From positions 48,525 through 68,524 of the forward strand of contig KZ538467.1 of NCBI GenBank assembly GCA_000934665.2: a stretch of DNA of 20,000 bases. The letters run 5' to 3'. This DNA comes from Catajapyx aquilonaris (lineage: Eukaryota). Each line of letters begins with the position of its first letter. The first letter of the stretch is position 1. Below the pieces are notes generated by a model that had not been told where the DNA came from, made no database searches, and worked only from the letters and a program-made list of their open reading frames with translations. Shown one piece after another: positions 10,028 through 19,537 of the stretch. Both the position numbers and the translations under genes were made by a program.

Positions 10028-10461
10028 ATTTATTTATTTATTTATTTTGGTTCCCCCTTGAGTCCAATTGGTCAATGCAGGGGGAGGAGATCTCCTCCAT
10101 TTTCTATACTTTTCAATCTCACCGGTGCAGGGACAGGGAAGGGATAGGGAGGGAGGAACAAACAAAGGTGCAGTGTATTGTCCTGTGGTGGGGGCCGTGT
10201 GCAGTCCCTCAGGGGGCGAAGCTTAGACCCCCCCAGGCGCGGCCGGAAGCCCCCACCGAACACCGCGCCTCCTCCAGGGCAGGGAAAGGAAGGAAGTGGC
10301 TGTGGCCTATTTAACGGGACGATCCCGGGATTTCCCTGGGGTGACCTTGGAAAACCACAGAAAACCAAGGTCAGGACCGCCGGCCTCCGGGACTCGAACC
10401 CAGGACCTCCCGATGGTGTAGTGGATATGGTACTATATCCACTACAGTGACTACACCACTA
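10028..10461 (-). mobile_element. tRNA-derived SINE, family C, with arthropod SINE core, (AAAT)n tail and 18-bp TSD
   Basis: Exact TSD CTTTGCATCCGAATATTT (10010-10027 / 10462-10479) and B box GGTTCGAGTCC. The core GGTTTTCTGTGGTTTTCC...CAGGGAAATCCCGGGAT...AGGCCACAGCCACTTCCTTCC resembles, from memory, the locust Lm1-type central domain. Confidence 0.92.
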
Positions 10462-10799
10462 CTTTGCATCCGAATATTTCAACCCCTGAAATTCTGAGAT
10501 GGTCGAGCCACCAACTTGTCTGTCTTGACATGGAATGACCCACTCATAAAACTATACACCTCTGCTTTATTTATTGGGAGTCATCATCAATATTCGTAAC
10601 AGATATGCAGAACTCTATATTAAAGGTACCGTATTAAACTGATGAAAACTTTCACAATTTTGCCATGACGTGAACGGCAGTATTCTCATGGAGTATTAGT
10701 AAATCGGTCCGACGCACAGTGTTTGATATCTGAAAAAAGCGATCGAAAATGATAGCTCCTCAACTAAACCGTTTCAGTACGTAAAAAAACATGTCTCCC

Positions 10800-11745
10800 C
10801 ATGCTTTAGGGGTCGCTGATTTCGAATTTCAGGTTATTTTGGATCAGGACATGCAGGGTGTACCATAAAATAAGACCATAAGAACTTCTAGGCTAGAATC
10901 CTCATTATAAGTACGGATAGCTGAAAATAGGCTTTTCCTATGTGTTGAGGAACACTGATTTTGATTTTTAAGCTACATTGAACCCAGATCTACAGCCTGT
11001 ACCAAAAACACCATCAAGTTTTGAGAGCTCATGAATAAATAGTGGAAGTAGTTGAAAATGATGTTTCTGCACAATATCGCGATTGCTGATTTAGATCATG
11101 TAGGCCTAGTTATTTCTAATTCAGGCACTCAAAGCTTTAGGAAACACCCTGTGCTTCTGAAAAGGGTAGAAGTACTGCATATAATTAGCAGTCTTTGAGA
11201 TTCACTTTAGGGCATAAATTGAACCTCCCTCGAATGCACTTCTCAGGTGTTTTAATTTCTAAAATTGCGTCTACCTCTAGCAGATATTAGTAGCTGGACT
11301 ATGATTTTCTAGTTACAGTACACCCTGAAGGTCACATAACAGTAATTTGATGATTTAGCCTTGATTAGCCACTTTTGCAGGATATAGGGTTTATCAAACG
11401 AATAGCAAAAAATAAAGTGATTAAAAATATTTGATAAAAATTCGAAAATCATCAGTAAATAATAAAGCAATGATTTAATTCTATTAGTAATCCTCTTAAT
11501 TAATTAAGAACATTATTTGCAATCATTTATACCATTTATCCTATACAAGCTCTTAAATTCGACCGTGTTTTTTGGTACACCCTGTAGATATTGGTTCAAG
11601 ATAACACTAAAATCAAAATCAGTAACCGCGAAAGCATTCGAAAATGTTATTTTCACCTACTTGTAGTGTTTATTCTAGAAGTTCTTAAATTCCATTGCAA
11701 CTTTTTGGTACACCCTGTAGGTCCAGGCCGGGATTAGAGATGAGA
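10800..11745. repeat. Inverted arrays of about 135-bp units (foldback-like subterminal repeats)
   Basis: Units ...GCTGATTT(C/T)GA...CAG(GG/CC)TGTACCA(A/T)AAA at about 10810-10870 and 10950-11010, plus a degenerate third at about 11085. Inverted copies TTTTTGGTACACCCTGTAG lie at 11569-11587 and 11702-11720. Confidence 0.7.
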
Positions 11746-12043
11746 AAAAATCGGTCACGTGGTATTTGCACGACCCAGTACAGTACAAGTTGCCTTCACA
11801 AAGCATAACTGGAGATCTGAACATCAATACCGGTATACATCATCATAACAGCTAGGTCACAAGTAGTATACGTACAAGTTGACAATGAGCCCATTTTCAT
11901 GCATGCACTCCTCAAAATATATTTAGACATCCCCTTCAACAGCCCTGAAGTGTTTCAAAATGAATCAGAATCTGATTCGTTTATTGCACGTATGCTGTTA
12001 TGATTTTGAGCATCAGTGCCTGCGGATATTATTACTTGTAATA

Positions 12044-12240
12044 CGAGGGTGGTTCAATAATTTATCTACCTGAGTATCAAAATGAATACCTTTATTATTA
12101 TTATTATCATTAAGTTTCCCACGACGTTTATCCTTAATCGCCTGTCGCAGAGCCCTCACAGTTGCAGCATAGGACTCCCCAGTGATGGTCTTCTTGTGAG
12201 GCATGAATTCCAGGAGCAGTAGGCCGTCTTCGTCCCAGAC
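12044..12240 (-). mobile_element. Internally deleted mariner relic: TIR plus transposase catalytic-domain fragment
   Basis: 12240-12112 translates to VWDEDGLLLLEFMPHKKTITGESYAATVRALRQAIKDKRRGKL, matching the mariner (F)WD..G......L..G.TIT..YY...L..L...I..KR.GKL segment. A mariner-type end TA-CGAGGGTGGTTCAATAA starts at 12042. Confidence 0.85.
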
Positions 12241-12512
12241 AGGACAATAACAGAACCCACTTTGTGTATGCCATGCCCCCTTGCAAGGTTTAAATAGGAT
12301 GGATACACATAATCCAATATTAGCAGCTAATACTTTAGTTAACTATTAAAAGTAACCATGCAAAACTAAATGCTACAAAATAAGCAGCTTATTGGTAACA
12401 AATAGCCATATACCCATATTAAGCACATAATTATTTTGGATCACCAGAGTATGTGGTACATTGCCACCCAAAAATCTGAAATAACAAACTGGTGGGTAAC
12501 TCATGGAAAAGG

Positions 12513-12762
12513 TACGGAAGCCCTGAAGGGCAAATGTGAATATAAATATTCACATGTCAAGTTATGTTTGTGTATGTCAAGTTACCAGTTTGTGTGTGTC
12601 AAGTTGTGAATTTCGAGATGCCGATAGCATGGGTCGCAATACTACTCGGTGGCCCCTGCCAAGTGCAACTTGACACACACACACAAACATAACTTAACAT
12701 ACGAATATATAACTTGACATCCGCAATATATTATAACTTGACATGCGAATATTTATATTCAC
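12513..12762. mobile_element. MITE/foldback element with TGTCAAGTT subterminal repeats
   Basis: GTGAATATAAATATTCACATGTCAAGTTAT (from 12536) is inverted at 12733-12762 with 1 mismatch. There are three TGTCAAGTT units on the left and 3-4 AACTTGACA units on the right. The right outer end appears lost. Confidence 0.8.
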
Positions 12763-13335
12763 CCACCCCCAAAATAGCAGACTATTTCCTTCCACGACCA
12801 TCTTTTTGCGGGTCATAGTACATCCAAGTCTGCATTTATTACTGAAAATACAATGTTGACAAGCTGGAATAACAGCCACACAAAATTACTGGTACGAAAT
12901 GAAAATACGAACATTCCTCATAGGGTCTTATAAGATCATCAGTAATGGGGGAGGGGGGGGGGGGATTAGCATGGTCCCAAATATTTCAAGATTGCCCTGC
13001 ATCAACCGGTATTCTCCACAATGGTTACAGCAGATAAAAGGTTACTCATTCAAAGCGCTGGAGCCCACACCTGGATGGGAAAGTACATTTATTGTGAAGA
13101 TCGACAATTAGACCTATATTTAAATTGTGTTATGCCAAGCAATAATACAAGGCCTAACTGAATTTTGGCAAATCACTCTTGACCATTCTTCATTGAAATT
13201 CTAAAAATTCCTCTTACACACTCAATCTCATTCAGTTATGAATAATGCATAGAAAAAAAAAACCCCTGTTATTAACCTTCAGTATGTGAGCCCTTAAAAC
13301 TGCTTAGATTTGCCAGAAGCCTCGCTGCACAATAA

Positions 13336-14063
13336 TTACCTCCGGAAAAAGGGTACGTGTAATAACTTTGTCAGAGTAGTGAAGCCCATATTAGGACGGA
13401 AACAAGAATCAAATTCCAGTAACTTGAGTTTTCCACATTGTGTGAGATAAGGTCCACTAGACAATATTCCCCTTGAACCAGACATCTTTAAAGGAAATGC
13501 GGGCCAGTTGAGGACAATTTATTGACCCCCGGCTGAGAGGCATCACTCATCTAGGTTACAAGGACCATGTATTTCAAGGCTCTCAAGTTTCTGGGTCACT
13601 TCTTGCACAGTCAAAAGTGAGACGAGCTGATCAACGCCACCTAACAGAATATGCAGGCTGAGATGGCCGATGTTTCGGAGACTGCTCACACACTCCTTCA
13701 GACTGCTCATATCATAGTGCAATGGTAGAGTCAAGTCCTTCAGAAGCCGACACTGCTTGAGATGGAGGTAGTGATCAGCTGGAAGCCAGCCACTAAGAAC
13801 AAATTTCCGAAGTGCTGGAGCACATCTGCTTACCATCTCCAACTCCAAGTCACGGAGGATAGATAAATGACCCACTGTCAGGTCAACTTCTCCCAGTAGA
13901 GGCCAATTCCTCTCTGGGAAGTGTCCAGGCCAGTCCCCATGTAGTTGGATTCTCCCATAGTGAGCTTCTCCAGCTTTGAACTGTTGGCAAACATGTCAAA
14001 CACATGACAGCTGCACATGCAACCATTCTTCAGCGCCATCACCTTGATTTCTTGGCTGGTGGG
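13336..14063 (-). pseudogene. Disrupted leucine-rich-repeat (F-box/LRR- or RNI-like) coding segment
   Basis: Successive frames give LRR-like units SKLEKLTM, PLLGEVDL, PALRKFVL, CRLLKDLTL, RNIGHLSL, QKLESLEI, CPQLARISF and CGKLKLLEF. There is an in-frame TGA at 13545-13543 and three apparent frameshifts. Confidence 0.65.
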
Positions 14064-14862
14064 CTAGAGGTCGAGCATCGGGCCTCGGACCTGACACTGG
14101 GTGGCCGTCACGATAGTAGTAGGCCTACACCTGCAGTTGTTGCAGTTCGGCAAGAAATCATATATAGAATCGACTATAGGCACGACTTTTTCCCTACACG
14201 TGGTGACTCATCACCTAGGTGCATGTATAGGTACCATAAGGTGAGTAGTGTGCAGAGGAGAACAAAGCGTATGCTCCAACTGGTCATGACCTATCATACT
14301 ACAGTACTACTACGCCCAAGTGGGGGCTGGGCCGGGCAGTGTTGCCAAATTTTGGCAATGGGTTCACTGCTAGTAATGGCAGATCACATAATTGACTCCT
14401 TCATCATTAGGTAATTTCTCAGTAGAAAAGTGACATGATGAATAAAGTGATATTTACAAAGCTTTTTAAATAACCCTAAACCACAAGGTATTTCCATATT
14501 GATCGACAGACCTAGCTGTGTGTGTGACATCCATGTCAAAATCAATGACCTGATTTGTACTCATCCTCCTCTCATGCAGTTTTGGCTAGCTGGGAGTCTG
14601 AACACCCCTTTCGTCATGTTGGACACACGTGCCATGGGAGGCCATAGGTGGCACCACCAGGGTAGTCAAGATTTGTTGGACGAGTGACTGAAGGGTGCAT
14701 AGATAGCTAGGTAACTGTAGTTGCTTTGGTTCCTTCCCAATCAAACAAGATTTGTCTGGTAATGTAGATATTCATATATTGATTTACAGCCAATAAATCT
14801 TAGCAAGATCCCATGTTGTGTGTCAACAGTATTGTCGATCACAGATAAGTAGGGAGTCATTA

Positions 14863-15100
14863 TAGTTCCCTCAAGAAGTCCGGTCACAAAAGAAGTCCTG
14901 GACAGAAGAGTGTGCCCACATTTTTTATACAAGGATTTTGGGCGTTTGGTGGGTGAAACAATGTGCCAGGACAGGCTAGTTCTTGCCCATTGGTGGAGAG
15001 AAAAGTGAAAGGTGATGACCACAAAGAGAAAAGAGAAGGGGGAGACGGGGTGGGGGGCTCGTGGCCACGCCTTTTGTGACCGGACTTCTTGAGCGAACTG
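14863..15100. mobile_element. Tc1/mariner-type MITE (238 bp), TA TSD
   Basis: 30-bp TIRs (14863-14892 / 15071-15100) match at 28/30 positions: CAGTTCGCTCAAGAAGTCCGGTCACAAAAG. TA on both sides. Confidence 0.9.
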
Positions 15101-15747
15101 TAGTTACAGCCCTGTAAATTACAATAATATAAGAGACATTTAGTTTACATTATCAAAATCACAGCCATAAGTCATATCTGAGTAAAATACACATTCCACC
15201 ATCAAATGTACAGTCACAAGCAAAAATGTAGGTGCAAATATAATCCCTGACATCATCTAGCGTTCTAGCCACCTATCAGAGGCACCCCAACCCACATGAT
15301 ACACCCAAGCAATGATGGTCGTACTTTAATCTGTGCTAACTGGTGTTACAATTGCACTTCACTATTACAGTGCGACTACATTTTGCTCATGCATGTACTC
15401 CTTATTTCAATCAACTCTGATTACAAGTCATCATTTGCCATAAGGATTAGTGATTACATGACACTGTATACTTGATTGCATAGATGGTTAACCCTTTGTT
15501 CCAGCTTTTTAACACCTGTTACTAAAATACATCAATTACGTACTTCAATTTGGCACACTGGAATTTATAGTTTGACAACCTCTTTTATTCAGGACATGAT
15601 GAAGCACAGTCATGAAACTTCTCATGTTAATGAGAAGGATGCTGATGCTAAGATTTGGGTGGGACGATTAATTCTGTCACCAGATGTGTACATCACAACC
15701 CGTCACAACCCTACCCTCAATAGCCTCCCAATTGAGTCACATCATAG

Positions 15748-15787
15748 GATCATTCAGATTTCAGATCATTCAGATTTCAGATCATTC
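15748..15787. repeat. 16-bp tandem repeat, 2.5 copies
   Basis: GATCATTCAGATTTCA twice, then GATCATTC. Confidence 0.9.
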
Positions 15788-16086
15788 GGAGCTTTTCTAT
15801 TAGTCTGGACCGGGGTGTGGACCATGGCCTTAGAAGACACGTCTGGCAAGTAGCGCTATAATCGTAGGGTAACTTATTAGGCAAACTGGCATGGCAGTCG
15901 CATGGTGTCTGTTTTCAGACTAGCACTCTATACGTAGCGGCAGATCGGGAAGGCTGCTCCCCATCGAAAATTCAGATCAAGGCCTCATGTATACTGCAAA
16001 AACAGCAGAACTTCTGTTTCTCACTCAAGAGAGTACTTCGTTCATTCCAAGTCAATTTTAATCTCCAATTATGCACTTTCTCTTAA

Positions 16087-16918
16087 CCCTAATTAGACAG
16101 GCGGTTTTTTCGCGTTTTTGCAAGAATTGGCAAAAAAATCGCTTGCGTTGTCATTTGAGGGACCACACGTGACTAATCTAGTGGGTAACATCGTGTAGTG
16201 TCTAGGCTTGATCCTGAGGCCATTTATGGGACCCTCTTGCCATACCATGAGGAGATTTAAATTCTTAAAAGCCTCAACAGATGCTGCAGGGGTGCTGCAG
16301 GGATGCGTTATTCTCCAATTTTTTGTCACTCCTGCGCTGACAAGAAGTATATGTGCATGTCGCCCTGGCGCTGCTGAACAGACCAGTACGCATGAATAAT
16401 ACGTCACAGGACAGGTATTCCAACTACAGAGACAAACATACACCCCCCACCCGAGTGGAAACCTGCCTCGCTCCACAGCTGTTCAAAAGCCCCGCGAGGC
16501 ATGCACCCCTCCATCTTGGCGAAGGCCGGGTGGGAGTTGCACAGTGGCCCGCCAGCTACTAATTGGCATTTATGAACAGTATTTATTTATTTTAAAAATA
16601 TTGAATTTTTTTTGCACTAATTTTAAGGTGAAATCTCTTGAGGAGGTTTGGGGGCAACTCTGTATGCCAAAATTTGCTGGCTAACATAATTTTTGAGTTT
16701 TTTTTCATCGGCGGCAAAAAGATGATGTCATTGAAGTTAATCTGGTTCTGGTTTATTTATGCAAGATTTTGTAGTCCAAAATTCGCGATGTTTTACGTGA
16801 GAGAAAATAAAAAAAACCACACACAAACCACATTACATAGTGGGAAAAAGCTATAGTTTCGCCAGCAGAATTTTTAAAACCCAGCATATCAGCATATGAC
16901 ACGCCCGTCTTATTAGGG
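16087..16918. mobile_element. Non-autonomous piggyBac-type element (832 bp)
   Basis: TTAA TSD at 16083-16086 and 16919-16922, CCC...GGG termini, and TIR CCCTAATTAGACAGGCG versus CCCTAATAAGACGGGCG (15/17). Confidence 0.9.
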
Positions 16919-17318
16919 TTAATATTTTGTATCATTTGGAATAAATAAGAGACTGGAATTGAGGCGTGAAAGCAAAAGCAACTAAACTTCTACTCTTTAA
17001 TTTACACAAATGAAAAGTGACGCTGAAGTACTTATTCTTTTCAGCAGCTCCAGGATATTCATGAATACCCTGGAGCTGGTGAAAGAGTAATGTTATTATA
17101 CTCATTGTTATCTTTTCCAGGCCATGGTCTGGACATATCGTACAATTCTGTTGCAAAGGTGTTCAGCCCCCACAAATTTCCACAACCCAAGTAAAACACA
17201 TACTTCCTGTACTTTTTCAAGTAATCCTAGAGAAGCAGTGAAAACTAAAATGATGCATTTCTACGAGGGTAGTACCAAAATGATTTACAATTTATTTTTT
17301 ACACAAACATTACAAATA

Positions 17319-18121
17319 CAGGGCCCATGCAGGTCGGCAAATAGGCACACACTATCGACAGAACCCTCCTGGGGCCGAATGCATGGGAGTCATGGGTGTG
17401 GAAACCTCTCCAGGCCCCCCAGAAACCACTTCTTGGAGGTGCGACGCCCCTACTACCAGACAACTGCTCAGTCAGCAACTATCAATAATGTTCTTAAAAT
17501 GACGTCGGCGAAGGGATTTTTTGATGGATCTTGCTTTGAGTGCTTCCACACCCACCGTACTCCCCTGGCCTGGCATCCAGTGACTTTGTTAGTTAGTTAG
17601 TTAGTTAGTAATACCCCGTGATAGGGCCAGGGGCTCTCTTTGGGGGGGGGGGGGNGGGAGTGGTTCCCAAGGGAGGGCGCTCTTAAGTAGTCATTTCTGA
17701 CCATCTTAAATATACCAGACCTTTTCTCTTGGCCCTTGGCAGAGAAGGGAGTGCAATTCTGCCCGGACATGTTGGGTTAAAAGCAGAAAAATACCCGCCC
17801 AAGCGAAGGTGACTGCCGGTGACTGCCTGACGCGGACGGGATTTGAACCCCGGACCTCCCGCTTGGCAGGCCAGTAGAATAGCTACTAGACCACCATGCC
17901 CCTCACCTCCAGTGACTTTCATCTGTTCGAATATATTTAAAAAGTCCATTCGCAGATGCCATTTTGAGGACATTGTTGACTGTTAAAAGTTGTCTGGGGG
18001 TCAGGGCTCCGCACCACCAAAAAGTGGTCCCTGGAGGACCTGGAGAGGTTGACCAGTGCCAGTGCATTCGGCTCCAGGAGGATTATAATGTGTGCCTATT
18101 TTCCGACCTGCATGGGCGCTG
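17319..18121. mobile_element. Long-TIR (about 200 bp arms) foldback/MITE element containing a nested SINE
   Basis: 17319-~17528 (CAGGGCCCATGCAGGTCGGCAAATAGGCACAC...) is the imperfect reverse complement of ~17930-18121. Flanked by TA / TG. Confidence 0.85.
17588..17907 (-). mobile_element. tRNA(Gly-GCC-like)-derived SINE, family B, copy 2
   Basis: Exact 12-bp TSD TCCAGTGACTTT (17576-17587 / 17908-17919), A box TGGTCTAGTAG, anticodon-like loop CTGCCAA, B box GGTTCAAATCC and (TAAC)n tail. Confidence 0.93.
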
Positions 18122-18531
18122 TGTCTATGGCAAAAAAATACTCATAATTGTAAATCATTTTGGAATGGCCCTCGTATTTGCAGGGAGGTGGAAGTGGTGC
18201 TGCAAAATCCTGTGCGTCCAGGGATGGGAGGGTCCCAACACTTTTTCTGGCAGGAAGAGCAGTAGAAAACGTTTGATCCCAAACCCGGGCATTCCCCCCT
18301 TATATCACATGCGGAGTTGGGTTGTCTGGCTCCATCTCAGGTGGGACTCCTTGAGACTAACCACCCAGGGGAACTCATAAAACAGCCACATATAACACAT
18401 TAAGTCATTGCACTTGCACCTTGCACCCCTCCAACCCAAGCGTTTTGCAAAAAGGTTCTGATGTACACTATTATACATAATAAAGGTCCGTGCTACAAAC
18501 CTCAAAAAGTGGTCAAGCACTACCCAGAGTA

Positions 18532-18541
18532 TTTATTTATT
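18532..18541 (-). terminator. Candidate polyadenylation signal(s) AATAAA of the SEFIR gene
   Basis: Overlapping AATAAA hexamers on the minus strand, about 195 nt after the stop codon. Confidence 0.4.
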
Positions 18542-18734
18542 TGTTAACGTTGCATTTCTATTTGCTTCAAAGTGCCACAATTACCTTTCCTTGGACATTT
18601 CATCCGGAGGCAAAAGTCAGGCAACATGAGTATGCATATTTGAGATCTCATATATGAGTGTGGTCCATTTGTAGTTATGGACATATTGCACTTAAAAAAG
18701 GATTATAACATGGAAATTGCAGTAATCCTGAGAA

Positions 18735-18954
18735 TCACATCATCAACACTGAATTGCAATTATCAGGGTTATCTCTGTGAAAATGTTGCAACTTTGTTAT
18801 GGCATCAGAGAGCCCACTCCACTCATTCGTACCATATGATGTCTGAGATCCTCCCTTCATCACAGCCAGCAAATCACAGGTCTTCTGTGGGAGTACAAAG
18901 TGGCGATATGGTGTCAAGGCATTGGCAATATGATCATTTCCATATCCATCAAAG
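18735..18954 (-). CDS. Terminal coding exon of IL-17 receptor-like SEFIR-domain protein
   Basis: Acceptor tttgttgcag|C after a 69-nt GT-AG intron (18955-19023). The phase-2 join gives ...RVFVVSFDGYGNDHIANALTPYRHFVLPQKTCDLL...VLMM*, matching the C-terminal part of SEFIR. Confidence 0.85.
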
Positions 18955-19023
18955 CTGCAACAAAGATGGGGCATAAATTCACTCATTTCATTGTTGGAAT
19001 TTGATGCAGATTCTCATTCATAC

Positions 19024-19537
19024 CTGACGACAAAAACTCGTTGATATGCTGACATGGTGTCTCTCAGCAGCCTAAATGCGTACAAGAACAGCCGATCATA
19101 GCTGTTAGGAGTTTCATATGCAATAGTCCCCTCCAATGCAACTTGCGCAGCCAAATTTGATGCCACCAGAACCACCTGATGATGTTTATTGGTCACCAAA
19201 TTCCACACATAATCATGTGGATTAGCCAAAAGCTCTTCACATAGCTCCAGATAATCACATACTTCAAAGCCACAGAATTCCAAGTACTCCTTGAGTTGGC
19301 TGATTGCAACAGCAAAGGCATCACAATCTCGCTGGTACAAAAGCACAACAGTCTTTGGCAGAACAGGCTCACTGCTGATTGCTTGGTTCATCAACGGACT
19401 TCTTCTCAAAATATAGCAGTACCTCATGAATGTGGACACAAAGATGACTAACAGCAGGCATAATCCCAATCCTATATAACACCAGGTGGTATCCACACTT
19501 GCAGGAATTGCTTCATGGTCTGGATCCACAACATTTG
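19024..19537 (-). CDS. Transmembrane + SEFIR exon of IL-17 receptor-like protein (ectodomain exons not identified in this window)
   Basis: Acceptor tttcatttttag| and donor CAG|GTATGA. TM helix WCYIGLGLCLLLVIFVSTFM is followed by basic residues, then the SEFIR box-1-like KTVVLLYQRDCDAF...L..YL..CGFEV.D. Confidence 0.88.

Larger units (their letters stand above)
9706..11776. mobile_element. About 2.07-kb TIR-bounded non-autonomous DNA element (PIF/Harbinger- or ISL2EU-like ends) with nested insertions
   Basis: GGGTCGTGCAAATACCACTTGAC (9706-9728) and its inverse (11754-11776) match at 22/23 positions. AG flanks both ends. No transposase ORF. Confidence 0.6.

Noticed and set aside
10610..10640. 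Hammerhead ribozyme core (CTGATGA...GAAA)
   Set aside because: CTGATGA is followed directly by AAA, with no stem II or flanking stems.
12536..12762. CRISPR-like array (also 8955-9052 and 10800-11745)
   Set aside because: Eukaryotic context. The repeats are degenerate, inverted or tandem without unique constant-length spacers, and there are no cas genes.
14004..14414. 136-aa plus-strand ORF and the other 60-160 aa ORFs in TE or intronic DNA
   Set aside because: No recognisable domains, splice logic or codon bias; many overlap repeats identified above.
12042..18176. 6-kb composite mariner bounded by TACGAGGG ends at 12042 and 18176 that captured the LRR segment
   Set aside because: The two ends agree over only about 8 nt and then diverge (TGGTTCAATAA versus CCATTCCAAAA). 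They are more likely remnants of different mariner families.
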